Notes: generated by a model not told the origin, from the sequence alone. A stretch of 64,000 bases of DNA from Vicinamibacterales bacterium (GCA_035626435.1 DASPNQ010000227.1:64915-128914), one strand, 5' to 3'; positions 27,601 through 36,883 are shown, counted from the first letter of the stretch. Made by a program: numbers and translations.

Positions 27601-27801
27601 TCAGTCAGGCAGACAGGCAGACAGGCCGACAGGCAGTCAGGCAGTCAGGCCGACAGGCCGACAGGCAGGCAGTCAGGCCGACAGGCCGACAGGCAGTCAG
27701 GCAGCACGTGGTCATCATCAAAGACTCCTTTGACCCCTGTCGGTCTGCCGTCCGCCTGTCTGCCTGTCCGCCTGTCTGCCTGTCTGCCTGTCTGCCTGCC
27801 T
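27601..27801. repeat. fold-back array: ~12 NGWCAGGC octamers (27601-27703), 33-nt loop, then the complementary GCCTGTC array (27737-27801)
   Basis: Read directly. Starts at the base after the M1 peptidase start codon. Both arms are periodic and mutually complementary. Confidence 0.95.
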
Positions 27802-27830
27802 GGTATTAGACCCCGGTGGGACGAAAAGTT

Positions 27831-29018
27831 CTATACCTGGGGCGCGTCCGCTAACCTGCTCAGCACCAGCACGGTGAGGTCGTCCTGCAGCCGCTGGTCG
27901 CGGCGGTGGCGTTCGACGGCGTCGAAGACAGCGCGGCCGAGCTCGGCGGCAGCAGATTTCTGATAGGCGCCCGCATACAACGCGAGCGTGCGCTCGAGAC
28001 CCGCCTCGTCAAACGCCTGGCCATCGGGACTTTCGGCTTCAGTCAAGCCATCGCTGTACATCAACAGCGCGTCACCCGGGTTGAGGTGCACTTCGCCCGC
28101 CTTGTAGGTACTCCCGTCGAACATGCCGAGCGCCACGCCTCCGCTCATCAAGCGTTCGATCGTGCCATTTTGCCGGCGGAGCAACGGTGGTGTCTGGCCC
28201 GCGTTGACGAACTCGAGGCGGCCGCTCGTCGGATCAAAGCAGGCGAGAAACAAAGTGATGAATCGCGACGGCGGCGCGTGCCGCGTCACCTGCAGGTTGA
28301 GCCGCTGCACCAACGCCGGCAACGGCAGCCGTTCATCGACGAGCGTGCGCAGCATCGCCAGCAGCAACGCCATCAACAGAGCCGCGGGACTGGCTTTGCC
28401 CGCGACGTCGCCAAGTGCAACGAGCACGGTGCCGTCGGGCTGAGGCAGGATGTCGTAGAAATCGCCGCCGACGGTGTTGGCGGGCTTGGTCAGGCCGAAC
28501 GCTTCGACGCCGGGTCCGGACCACGTGCCGTTGGGCAGCATCGCGTTCTGAATCTCGCGCGCCACTTCCAGATCGCGTTTGAGCGAGAGCCGGTCCGCGA
28601 CCTCGAGCAGCACCAGCAGGTTCATCAACAGGAAGCCAGCAAGCAGCCACACCGTACCGTCGGAAAACACCGGCCCTGGCACGCGAACATGGACGAAGAA
28701 CAGCGCGATCGGAATGGGAACCCGAATCAGGCCGAAGCCGTTGAAGAGCTGCAACAGGCCGATGACGGCAAACGCAAGTGCCACGCCGTACATCAGGCGG
28801 CGAGCCGGCGACAGGCGCATCGTGAACGCCAGGAAGAACGCCTGCGCGTACTTGATGACGCGCTTGTACCAGGGCAGGCCCTCGAGCTCCGCGGTGTTGA
28901 TGCCGCGCGCGAAGAACCGGTACGCCTCCGGCGTCTCGCGCGTAAAAAGCTTGCCGAGCTCGTCCGACGTCAGGTCGTGCGTGTAACGGCTGAAGAAGTC
29001 TCTAGGCATCGCTGACAA
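27831..29018 (-). CDS. membrane-bound PP2C (SpoIIE-family) protein phosphatase
   Basis: 395 aa. N-terminal TM helices, then GGDFYD, LGDVAGKG, YSDGLTEA, QDDLTVLV. Confidence 0.85.
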   Translation of the reverse strand: MSAMPRDFFSRYTHDLTSDELGKLFTRETPEAYRFFARGINTAELEGLPWYKRVIKYAQAFFLAFTMRLSPARRLMYGVALAFAVIGLLQLFNGFGLIRVPIPIALFFVHVRVPGPVFSDGTVWLLAGFLLMNLLVLLEVADRLSLKRDLEVAREIQNAMLPNGTWSGPGVEAFGLTKPANTVGGDFYDILPQPDGTVLVALGDVAGKASPAALLMALLLAMLRTLVDERLPLPALVQRLNLQVTRHAPPSRFITLFLACFDPTSGRLEFVNAGQTPPLLRRQNGTIERLMSGGVALGMFDGSTYKAGEVHLNPGDALLMYSDGLTEAESPDGQAFDEAGLERTLALYAGAYQKSAAAELGRAVFDAVERHRRDQRLQDDLTVLVLSRLADAPQV

Positions 29019-29085
29019 CAGTCTGCAGCCGGAGGTCTGCAGTTTTGCGTGTTGGGACGTCCGAAGTCCTCAAGAGTTAGACGGC

Positions 29086-30267
29086 CTAGAGCACTCCCAG
29101 TTCCCGGCCGACCGCGGCAAAGGTGTCGAGGGCGTATTGCAGGTCGTCCCTGGTGTGCGTCGCCGCGACGATGGTGCGCAATCTGGCCTTGTCGCGCGCC
29201 ACGGTCGGGAAGCCGATGCTTTGCGCGAACACGCCGCGTTCGAACAGTGCGTCCGACATCCGCGCCGCGGTGGCCGCCTCACCGACGATCACCGGCGTGA
29301 TCGGGCTTTCGCTCATGCCCGTGTTGAACCCGAGGGTCACGAGGCCCGCCTTGAAGAAGCGCGTGTTGTCCCACAGCCGTTCGATCCATTGCGGCTCGGT
29401 TTCGAGGATGTCGAGCGCCGCCAGGCACGCCGCCGTCACTGCGGGTGGATGCGAGGTCGAGAACAGGAACGGCCGCGCGCGGTGATAGAGGAATTCGATG
29501 AGGTTCTTGGAGCCGGCCACGTATCCGCCGAGGACGCCGATTGCCTTCGACAGCGTGCCGACCTGGATGTCGACGCGGCCATGGCACCCGAAGTGATCGA
29601 CAGTGCCTGACCCGTTTTTCCCAAACACCCCGCTCGCATGCGCATCGTCGACCATCATGATCGCGTTGAACTCCTCGGCGAGCGCGCACAGTTCGGGGAC
29701 GCGTCCGAGATCGCCGTCCATCGAAAAGACGCCGTCGGTGATCAGGATCTTCTTCTGCTGCTTCGGTAAGTCCTGCATGATCCGCCGTGCGGCATCGACA
29801 TCCTTGTGAGGAAAGACCTTGATCGGCGCCTTGCTCAAGCGGCAGCCGTCGATGATGCTGGCGTGATTCAGTTCGTCCGAAATAATGACGTCATCCTTGG
29901 TCAGGACCGCGGCGACGGTGCCGGCATTCGCCGCGAAGCCGCTCTGAAACACGACGACCGACTCGACGTGTTTGAACCTGGCGAGCCGCCGTTCGAGCTC
30001 CAGGTGCATTTCCATCGTTCCCGAGATGGTGCGGACCGCGCCCGAGCCGACGCCGTAACGCTCGACCGCGTCGAGCGCCGCCTTGATCAGTTTGGGGTGC
30101 GTCGTCAGGCCGAGATAGTTATTCGACGAGAGGTTGACGACGGACTTGTGGTCGAAGGTGGTGTGGGCCTCGGGCCGTCCTTCGAGGACGCGCAGCTTGC
30201 GGTACAGCCCTTGCTGTTTCAGGCTTTCGAGCTCCGTGCCGAGGAATGCTAACGGATCGGTTCGCAT
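29086..30267 (-). CDS. kbl: glycine C-acetyltransferase (2-amino-3-ketobutyrate CoA ligase)
   Basis: 393 aa, collinear with the Kbl/BioF family. Motifs include NNYLGL, ISDELNHASIIDG, DGVFSMDG, VDDAHA and GTLSKA, with overall closest resemblance to Kbl. Confidence 0.8.
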   Translation of the reverse strand: MRTDPLAFLGTELESLKQQGLYRKLRVLEGRPEAHTTFDHKSVVNLSSNNYLGLTTHPKLIKAALDAVERYGVGSGAVRTISGTMEMHLELERRLARFKHVESVVVFQSGFAANAGTVAAVLTKDDVIISDELNHASIIDGCRLSKAPIKVFPHKDVDAARRIMQDLPKQQKKILITDGVFSMDGDLGRVPELCALAEEFNAIMMVDDAHASGVFGKNGSGTVDHFGCHGRVDIQVGTLSKAIGVLGGYVAGSKNLIEFLYHRARPFLFSTSHPPAVTAACLAALDILETEPQWIERLWDNTRFFKAGLVTLGFNTGMSESPITPVIVGEAATAARMSDALFERGVFAQSIGFPTVARDKARLRTIVAATHTRDDLQYALDTFAAVGRELGVL

Positions 30268-30268
30268 A

Positions 30269-32248
30269 TCAATTCACGCTCAACAGGATGTCGTTGTCAG
30301 GAAAGCGCTCCAGCTCGGTCGCGCCGTGCGCCTTCAGCCAGCGTTCCACCGTATCAGCGTCGGCCGCATTCGCGAAAGCGTTTCGGTGCACGATCACGTG
30401 CGTGGTGTCGGCCTCGATCAGCGAGCGCCACGCTGCGTCGGGATCCTTGTGCACGCGCATCAATCGCGCGACGCGCTCTTTGTACGCCGGCGGGAAATTG
30501 CCGCTGTAACCATTGGTGATCGGCTTGCGATGTGCCGCGGCGTAGTAGACGTAGCGGATTTCCCAGGCGGCGTCGCCGTACGGGAACTCGCTGATCGCGG
30601 TTCCGCCCGGCAGGGCGGCGATCCGCGAATACACGGGCGGAGATTGTGCGTACGGGAAAACGCGCGATGGCGGCATCGCTTCGTTCTGATTCCAGGTGCG
30701 ATTCAGTTCGAAGGGGATGGCGGCGCCTTCCGCGACGATCGCGGACGAGATCAGGGCGACCACCGCCAACTGCATGCGGCGGCCTGAAAGCAGCGAGAGG
30801 AGGCGGAGCGCGCCGAAACCTGCCGCAACAGCCAGAAACAGGCCCGCGATCATCGCGTAGCGCGCCGGTGCGCGAACGCCGTTGAAACCAGGCACGTGGT
30901 CGTACAGCAGGTTGTAGAGGCCGAGTCCTGATACGAGCGAGTCGCCGGCCTTGGGAATCGGACCGAGCGACAGCCACACCGCGGTGGTGGTCGCTGCGAT
31001 CGCGAAGAAGATCGGCGAGCGCAGCATCCGCATCGCGTCGTGACGCGCGCGTGGCGATAGTCCCAGCAGCAACATGATGGCGATCACCAGCTGCATGACC
31101 AGGCGCTGCGGCGTGCGCGCACTGACGGTGAGGCCGAGCAGCCGAAATTCAAAGCCGCCAAACAGGAACACGCTGATCACGGCAATCAGCTGCGCGACGA
31201 CGACGAGTAGGAGAAACGCAGCGACGTAGGATCGCCACGACGGCGTGTTTGCCGCGAAGGATGCAGTGCGTGTCGATCGGTGCAGGATCAAGCCGGCGAG
31301 CGCCGCGATCGTCAACAGCCACGGCACGAAGCCCAGGAAGGTTTCGCCTTCTCCATGGGGGTAATAGCGGAGCACCTGCCCGTAGAGCCGGACATTTTCC
31401 GACGCAGTGATATACGACCAGACGTTCGCGGAGAACAGCACGATTTCGCCGAAGGTCCGTTCGAATCCAAAGCGCTGCTGCGCTTCCGCATAAGGCGCGA
31501 GGAACGGTGCGGTCAAGGCAATCACGCCGACCGCTGCGGCGGTGAGCCCGACCCATATGCGCGGGTCTTTCAGCGTGGTTGTCGTCCACATGCGGTGAAG
31601 CACGAAGAGCGGTACGAATGGCGCGAAGTAGAGCAGGTAATACCCGCATGACCAGTTCTGCATGACCAGCGCCGCCGCGCCCAAGACGAGGGCGGTGCGC
31701 GGGCGGATCCCCGGACGATCACCGCGCGGCGAGGTGACAAACCGGTTGAGTCCCCACAGCGCGAACGGCATCCACTGTGAGCTCATCACCTGAAGGTGTG
31801 GAACCGACGCGATCCGGTAAGGCAGGAAGCCGTAAACGAGCCCGGCGACAAACGCGGCGCGCCTGTCGCCAGTCAGGTCGCGAACGAGCAGGTATGCGCC
31901 GAACGCGGACAGCGCGAACGTCGAGATGAACAGCAAGTTGTAACAAAGAATGATGTTGCCGGTCAGCCAGAACACCGGCATGACCTGCATCGACAATCCG
32001 AAGAGATGCTCGGACAGCGCGAGCGCGAGCGGATCCGGATGAAAGATGTTCGCGTTCCAGAAATCCGCCCAGCCGATTTGGCCGGTCAACAGCAGCGGGA
32101 TGTGCTGCACGCCCCATCCCAGGATCCACATGTTGAGGAGCGAGTCGCCCAGATCGCCTGGCACGTCGCTGCCCAGGCCGAGAATCAGGGGATACGTGTA
32201 GACGATCGAGAGCGCCGCGTAGATCAGGAAGATGATCCGCGAGCTCAC
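30269..32248 (-). CDS. large polytopic membrane protein, possibly a GT-C-type glycosyltransferase
   Basis: 659 aa with more than 10 TM helices in the N-terminal two thirds and a soluble C-terminal domain. Function inferred from architecture only. The GTG start overlaps the upstream stop. Confidence 0.4.
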   Translation of the reverse strand: MSSRIIFLIYAALSIVYTYPLILGLGSDVPGDLGDSLLNMWILGWGVQHIPLLLTGQIGWADFWNANIFHPDPLALALSEHLFGLSMQVMPVFWLTGNIILCYNLLFISTFALSAFGAYLLVRDLTGDRRAAFVAGLVYGFLPYRIASVPHLQVMSSQWMPFALWGLNRFVTSPRGDRPGIRPRTALVLGAAALVMQNWSCGYYLLYFAPFVPLFVLHRMWTTTTLKDPRIWVGLTAAAVGVIALTAPFLAPYAEAQQRFGFERTFGEIVLFSANVWSYITASENVRLYGQVLRYYPHGEGETFLGFVPWLLTIAALAGLILHRSTRTASFAANTPSWRSYVAAFLLLVVVAQLIAVISVFLFGGFEFRLLGLTVSARTPQRLVMQLVIAIMLLLGLSPRARHDAMRMLRSPIFFAIAATTTAVWLSLGPIPKAGDSLVSGLGLYNLLYDHVPGFNGVRAPARYAMIAGLFLAVAAGFGALRLLSLLSGRRMQLAVVALISSAIVAEGAAIPFELNRTWNQNEAMPPSRVFPYAQSPPVYSRIAALPGGTAISEFPYGDAAWEIRYVYYAAAHRKPITNGYSGNFPPAYKERVARLMRVHKDPDAAWRSLIEADTTHVIVHRNAFANAADADTVERWLKAHGATELERFPDNDILLSVN

Positions 32249-33303
32249 GCCGGTTCTTTCTCGCGCAGGTAGAGCTCTTCGAACAGCACTTGAACGATCG
32301 CGGCCGTCGGAACGGCGAGCAGCGCTCCGACGAAACCGAGCAGCTCGCTGCCGATGAACAACGAGATGATCACCGTCACGGCGCTCAAGCCGACCGTTTC
32401 GCCCATCACTTTCGGCACCAGCACATTGTTTTCGAGCAGCTGTAACACCAGGCAGTAGACGGCGACGCCGAGCGCCAGACCTGGCGACACCGTGAGTGCG
32501 ACGAGCACTGCCGGGACCGCCGCGAGCAACGGGCCGACCATCGGAATCATTTCACCGATGCCGCTGATCACCGCGAGCACGAAGAAATACGGCACGCCCA
32601 TGAAGGCGAAGCCCACCGCGGTGAGCACGCCGATGATCAAACCAAGCAGCAGCTGGCCTCCGAGCCATGCGCTGATCTTCTCCGCCGCGAGCGCGCTGAC
32701 GTTATGGACCTGCTGTCGTTGGCGGCGCGGAAACAACCGCACGAACAGATTGAAGATGCTCTGCGACTCGACGAGAAAATAAAACGTCAGCAGCAGCATG
32801 CTGATGAAGCCGAAGATCCCGCCGACGAAGCCGCCAATGGTCGAGAGGACCACGCCGACGACATCGCCGCCGCTGGCGGGCGCCTGCTTGAGCATCTCGC
32901 TGAACGACGCTTCCGGCGCAATCAGTCCCCACGACGCGAGCCGCTGCTGCGCCATGTCGAGATACTTCGGCAACTGCTTCCAGAACTCCTCGATTTGCTG
33001 AACCAGTGGCGGAAATACCGCCGCGATAATGCTGGCGATGGTGCCGAGGACCGCGGCGTAAATCACCAGAATCGCCGCCGCACGTGGCAGGCGGCGTTTG
33101 CTCAGCGCGAGAATGCGTTGGCGCTCGATAATCCTGACGAGCGGCGCGAGTCCGGTCGCGAACAGCATGCTCACGTAGATCAGCAGCAGCGGCCCGCGAA
33201 TCAGATACATCGTCCACAGCAGGACGATGGTGATCGCGAGCGCGACGCACGCGTAGCGGATCAGGCTACGAGGATCGGAACCCTGCGGTGAAGTCTGCGA
33301 CAT
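32245..33303 (-). CDS. AI-2E family (PerM/UPF0118) transporter
   Basis: 352 aa. Typical topology and C-terminal GEMIPMVGP...LENNVLVPKVMG motif region. Confidence 0.8.
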   Translation of the reverse strand: MSQTSPQGSDPRSLIRYACVALAITIVLLWTMYLIRGPLLLIYVSMLFATGLAPLVRIIERQRILALSKRRLPRAAAILVIYAAVLGTIASIIAAVFPPLVQQIEEFWKQLPKYLDMAQQRLASWGLIAPEASFSEMLKQAPASGGDVVGVVLSTIGGFVGGIFGFISMLLLTFYFLVESQSIFNLFVRLFPRRQRQQVHNVSALAAEKISAWLGGQLLLGLIIGVLTAVGFAFMGVPYFFVLAVISGIGEMIPMVGPLLAAVPAVLVALTVSPGLALGVAVYCLVLQLLENNVLVPKVMGETVGLSAVTVIISLFIGSELLGFVGALLAVPTAAIVQVLFEELYLREKEPA

Positions 33304-34477
33304 CGTCGTAGATTGCGCTGAGTTCGTCGAGCGAGGCGAGGAAGACGATCCGGAAGAACCCGCTCGCGGGATCGGTGCCGAATCCGGATCCGTAGACGGT
33401 CAGGATTCCCTTCGCGCGCAGCAAGCCGAGCACGAAGTCGATATCGGTCTTGCCGTGGGGCAGCGCGATTTTCGGCATCGCATAGAAGGCGCCTTTCGGC
33501 ATGACGCATGACATTCCGTCGATCGCATTCATCCGACTGGTGGTCAGTTGCGCGCGTGCCCGCAGCTGATCGCGAAAACCGACCTGATGCGAGCGATCTC
33601 CGGTGAGTGCGGCCGCCACGGCGTATTGCATGGGTCCCGGGCTGCACAAGCGGCCGTCGGCGAGCTTCTTGATCGCGGCCAGCGCCCCGTCGAGACGCGG
33701 CGAGGAACCGACCGCCATCCACCCGGCTCGCCAGCCCGGCGCGAGGTAGGCCTTCGACAGACTGGAATACGAAATAATCGCAGCGTCGTTGTTGAGCGCG
33801 GCCATCGCGCTGACGGGGCCGTCGTAGGCGAGATCGCCGTAGACCTCGTCGGCGAGGATCACCAGACCATGCGTCTCGGCGACCTCGATCAGCGCTTTGC
33901 GCATCGTGTCGGGATAGATCGCGCCGGTCGGATTGTTGGGATCGATGACCACGAGCGCTCGCGTCTTCGGCGTAATCCGGCTGCGCAGGTGATCGAGGTC
34001 CGGCAGCCACTGGTTGGTGTCGTCAGTCCGGTAATACGCGGGCTGGGCGCCAATCTTTGCGAGCACGGCCGTGTAGAGCGGGTAGGTCGGCGAGGGGACC
34101 AGCACCTCGTCCCCCTCATCGACGATCGCCGTCAGCGCGAGCTCGATACCTTCGGATGTGCCTGACGTGATGAGGACGCGGTCTGCCGACACGTTGACGC
34201 CGCGGGACACGAAGTCCGCCGCTGCCGCTTCGCGCGCTTCGACAATGCCTGGCGAGGCGACGTAACCGTTGTGGCCGTCGCGCATCGCCTTTTCGACGGC
34301 CGCGATCAGATGTGGCGGCGTTGTAAATCCAAACTGATTGGGATCGCCGATGTTCAGGTATCGGACGGGCAGGCCGGCGGCTTCGACCTTCCGCGCTTCG
34401 GCGACGATGTTCCGGATGGCGTAGGTAAATCGGTCGACGCGCCTGGCGGTACGAATGACGGCCGCGGTAGCGGACAT
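33266..34477 (-). CDS. class I/II PLP-dependent aminotransferase (AlaA-like)
   Basis: 403 aa. YAIRNIV...LNIGDPNQFGF...NPTG...SLSKAY (PLP lysine), arranged as in alanine/glutamate-pyruvate aminotransferases. Confidence 0.8.
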   Translation of the reverse strand: MSATAAVIRTARRVDRFTYAIRNIVAEARKVEAAGLPVRYLNIGDPNQFGFTTPPHLIAAVEKAMRDGHNGYVASPGIVEAREAAAADFVSRGVNVSADRVLITSGTSEGIELALTAIVDEGDEVLVPSPTYPLYTAVLAKIGAQPAYYRTDDTNQWLPDLDHLRSRITPKTRALVVIDPNNPTGAIYPDTMRKALIEVAETHGLVILADEVYGDLAYDGPVSAMAALNNDAAIISYSSLSKAYLAPGWRAGWMAVGSSPRLDGALAAIKKLADGRLCSPGPMQYAVAAALTGDRSHQVGFRDQLRARAQLTTSRMNAIDGMSCVMPKGAFYAMPKIALPHGKTDIDFVLGLLRAKGILTVYGSGFGTDPASGFFRIVFLASLDELSAIYDDVADFTAGFRSS

Positions 34478-34540
34478 CTGCAGATCTTAGCCGCGATCAC
34501 CCACGCAATGCGTGGCGCGATGCGTGGTTCCGCTCCCCCC

Positions 34541-34848
34541 GGTTGTTAGGTGCCAGGTACACTCCACCCACACGGGGTTGCTAGGTGCCAGGTACAGTCC
34601 AACCACTGGCGGTTGGCCGGTGCCAGGTACATCTAGGCCGGATTGGTGTTGATCGCTGGGCTTGCCTGCTGCAATTGGGCCGAAAATCGCCGCGCTGAAC
34701 GACTCATCGGCGCCGGTTGAACTGTACCTGGCGCCTTCCGACCAGTTGGGCAGTCCATGCAACTGCACGTGGCCCCGGCGTGCCGGCGGTTGAACTGTAC
34801 CTGGCCCTTAAGAACCGGGGGTGAGGTGTACCTGGCCCTTAACAACCA
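34541..34848. repeat. composite inverted repeat: three ~35-nt units with core GGTGCCAGGTAC facing three (plus one degenerate) inverted units with core GTACCTGGC(G/C)C
   Basis: Forward cores at 34549, 34584 and 34619. Inverted cores at 34724, 34797 and 34828, with a degenerate copy at 34765. Outer, middle and inner units pair with each other (for example GGTTGTTAGGTGCCAGGTACAC versus the complement of GTGTACCTGGCCCTTAACAACC). Confidence 0.9.
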
Positions 34849-35014
34849 GCGGGTGGGGTAAAGGGCAGGCGCGACGGCGAATTGCATCACCCGTCATGTA
34901 ATAGCTACACGCTTACACGTCCATACGGCCGATGCTGCACCTCGACTGTGTGGACTAAACAACTGAAAACACATGGGTTATTCGATTGGCAAGAAACTTG
35001 GTTATGTCGGGGGC

Positions 35015-35956
35015 ATGCGGCGGATCCTCCTAGCCCTCGCGATAGCGCTGACGCCCCTCACGGGGTGGGCGCAGGAGGCCGCAGAGAAGGCACAGGCTAC
35101 ATTCCGATCCGGCGTCGATCTCGTTACGGTGAGCGCGACAGTCCGAGACAGTAAAGGGCGACTTGTGAAGGACCTCACCAAACAGGATTTCGAAGTCCTG
35201 GATCGCGGCGCCAAGCGCACGATCAGCGAGTTCCGGTCGGAGCAAGCGCCTTTAAGCCTGGCGATTCTCTTCGATGTGAGCGGCAGTATGGACACCGCCG
35301 ATCGCACGACCGCCGCAAAGTTTGCGGCCTTCCACCTGCTGTCGATGCTGGTGGAGGGTCGCGACGAGGCCGGGCTGTTTGCTTTTGACAGCCGGCTACG
35401 CGAGGTGGCCCCGTTCTCGGTCGATACGCGCGCCCTCAAGGGCGCGCTGGGGGAGGTCGATCCGTTCGGGGCTACCTCGTTACATGACGCGATCTCCGCA
35501 GCTGCGGAGCGTGTGGCGGCTCGCCAGATGCCGCGGCGCGCGGTGGTCGTGTTGACCGACGGCATCGATACCGCAAGCCGTTTGACGCCCGCCCAGGTGT
35601 CGGCCCAAGCGGCGGCGATCGACGTTCCCGTCTACATCATCGCGACAGTGTTACCGATCGACGATCCCGGCTCGGATCGCGCCACCCCAGGCGCTAAACG
35701 CCAAGCCCCTGTGTCGATCGGCACGATTGAGGACCTGGCGCGATGGACCGGCGGTGCGTTGTATTACAGCTCTTCGTCCGCGGCGGCCTATCAGGCCGCG
35801 CGCGCGGTAGTCGATGAACTGCGCCACCTCTACCTGATTGCGTTCGAGCCAGGCGCAGAGCCGGGGTGGCATCCGCTCGAAATTCGTGTTCCGCACAAGG
35901 AAAGTTTCGTGGTTCGAACGCGCGGCGGCTACGTGGCTGGCCCTGCCGCGCGGTAA
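35015..35956 (+). CDS. secreted VWA-domain protein (VWFA-related acidobacterial-type)
   Basis: Signal peptide MRRILLALAIALTPLTGWAQ. FRSGVDLVTVSATVRDSKGRLVKDLTKQDFEVLD followed by the MIDAS-like LAILFDVSGSM. Confidence 0.8.
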   Translation: MRRILLALAIALTPLTGWAQEAAEKAQATFRSGVDLVTVSATVRDSKGRLVKDLTKQDFEVLDRGAKRTISEFRSEQAPLSLAILFDVSGSMDTADRTTAAKFAAFHLLSMLVEGRDEAGLFAFDSRLREVAPFSVDTRALKGALGEVDPFGATSLHDAISAAAERVAARQMPRRAVVVLTDGIDTASRLTPAQVSAQAAAIDVPVYIIATVLPIDDPGSDRATPGAKRQAPVSIGTIEDLARWTGGALYYSSSSAAAYQAARAVVDELRHLYLIAFEPGAEPGWHPLEIRVPHKESFVVRTRGGYVAGPAAR

Positions 35957-35957
35957 A

Positions 35958-36003
35958 TCGATCGGGTGATCGGTTTGGTGATCTCGTGATTTGGTGATGG
36001 TGA
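35958..36003. repeat. tandem repeat of GGTGAT(C/T) units (GATC-rich family)
   Basis: tcgatcgggtgatcggtttggtgatctcgtgatttggtgatggtga, between the VWA stop and the OmpA-family RBS. Confidence 0.9.
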
Positions 36004-36017
36004 CAAGGAGAACTCAG

Positions 36018-36683
36018 ATGCGTAACTCCCTTATGACAATCGGTGTGATGGTAGCCGCGCTCAGCGTGGCGCCGGCTTGCGCGACCAAGAAATTCGTGCG
36101 CACGTCGGTCGGCGAAGTGAATGACAAGGTCGTCACCCAGGGCAAGTCGCTCGAAGAGACGCAGGAACGGGTACGCGCCGCCGAAGGGCGCATCAGCGAA
36201 ACCGACGCCAAGGCGATCGCCGCCGCCGAAGCGGCGCGCAAGGCCGACGCGGCCGCCGCTGAAGCGGCCGGCAAGGCCGCGGAAGTCGGAACCCGCGCGG
36301 CCTCGATCGAAGGCGAGATGCGCAAGCTGATCTTCGAAACGGTGCTCAGCGAAGACCGCGGCCAGTTCAAGCTTGGCAAGACCGAGCTGCCGCAGGATGC
36401 GACCTCCGCCATCGACTCGATGGTCAACACCCTGAAGACGGACAAGAAAGCCGTGTGGGTCGAAATCGAGGGCCACACCGACAACACCGGCGACAAGACG
36501 TATAACGAACGCCTCGGACTGGCGCGCGCCGAAGCCGTGAAGCGGTATCTCTACGAGAAGCACCAGATTCCGCTGCACAAGATCAACGTGATCAGCTACG
36601 GCGAAGAGAAGCCGGTGGCGCCGAACAACACTCGCGCCGGCCGCGCCCAGAACCGCCGCGTCGTGATCAAGGTGCTCGCGTAG
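36018..36683 (+). CDS. OmpA-family lipoprotein with Ala/Glu-rich coiled-coil linker
   Basis: AAGGAG lies 8 nt upstream of ATG 36018, and a lipobox-like SVAPAC is present. OmpA_C motifs HTDNTGDKTYNERLGLARAEAV...NRRVVIKV. Confidence 0.85.
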   Translation: MRNSLMTIGVMVAALSVAPACATKKFVRTSVGEVNDKVVTQGKSLEETQERVRAAEGRISETDAKAIAAAEAARKADAAAAEAAGKAAEVGTRAASIEGEMRKLIFETVLSEDRGQFKLGKTELPQDATSAIDSMVNTLKTDKKAVWVEIEGHTDNTGDKTYNERLGLARAEAVKRYLYEKHQIPLHKINVISYGEEKPVAPNNTRAGRAQNRRVVIKVLA

Positions 36684-36693
36684 ACGGGCCGGC

Positions 36694-36830
36694 AGGCCAA
36701 TGGGCCAATGGGCCAATGGGCCAAGGGGCTGATGGGCCAATGGGCCAATGGGTTGATGGGCCAAGGGGCCAAGGGGCCAAGAGGCCAAGGGCCGAAAGTC
36801 AATAGGCGCCAACAAGCCAACAGCCCAGCA
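36694..36830. repeat. tandem nonamer GGGCCAATG/GGGCCAAGG x~11, decaying into CCAAC/AGCAA repeats
   Basis: ggccaatgggccaatgggccaatgggccaaggggctgatgggccaatgggccaatgggttgatgggccaaggggccaaggggccaagaggccaaggg. Lies between the OmpA-family stop and its terminator. Confidence 0.95.
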
Positions 36831-36834
36831 AGCA

Positions 36835-36866
36835 ACCCGACGGGAATTATTCCCGTCGGGTTTCTT
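36835..36866 (+). terminator. rho-independent terminator
   Basis: acccgacgggaat-t-attcccgtcggg followed by tttctt. An 11-12-bp perfect stem plus T tract, downstream of the OmpA-family gene and its repeat array. Confidence 0.8.
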
Positions 36867-36883
36867 GTGTACACTGCTAGGGC

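Noticed and set aside
27534-27963. Short + strand ORFs encoding RQTGRQADRQSG-type peptides
   Set aside because: They are translations of the octamer array and its loop. They have no start context and no coding-like composition outside the repeat.
35694-36815. 373-aa - strand ORF with PLGPLAHQPIGPLAH repeats
   Set aside because: It is antisense to the VWA and OmpA-family genes. Its N-terminal 'repeat protein' is simply the translation of the GGGCCAATG DNA array.
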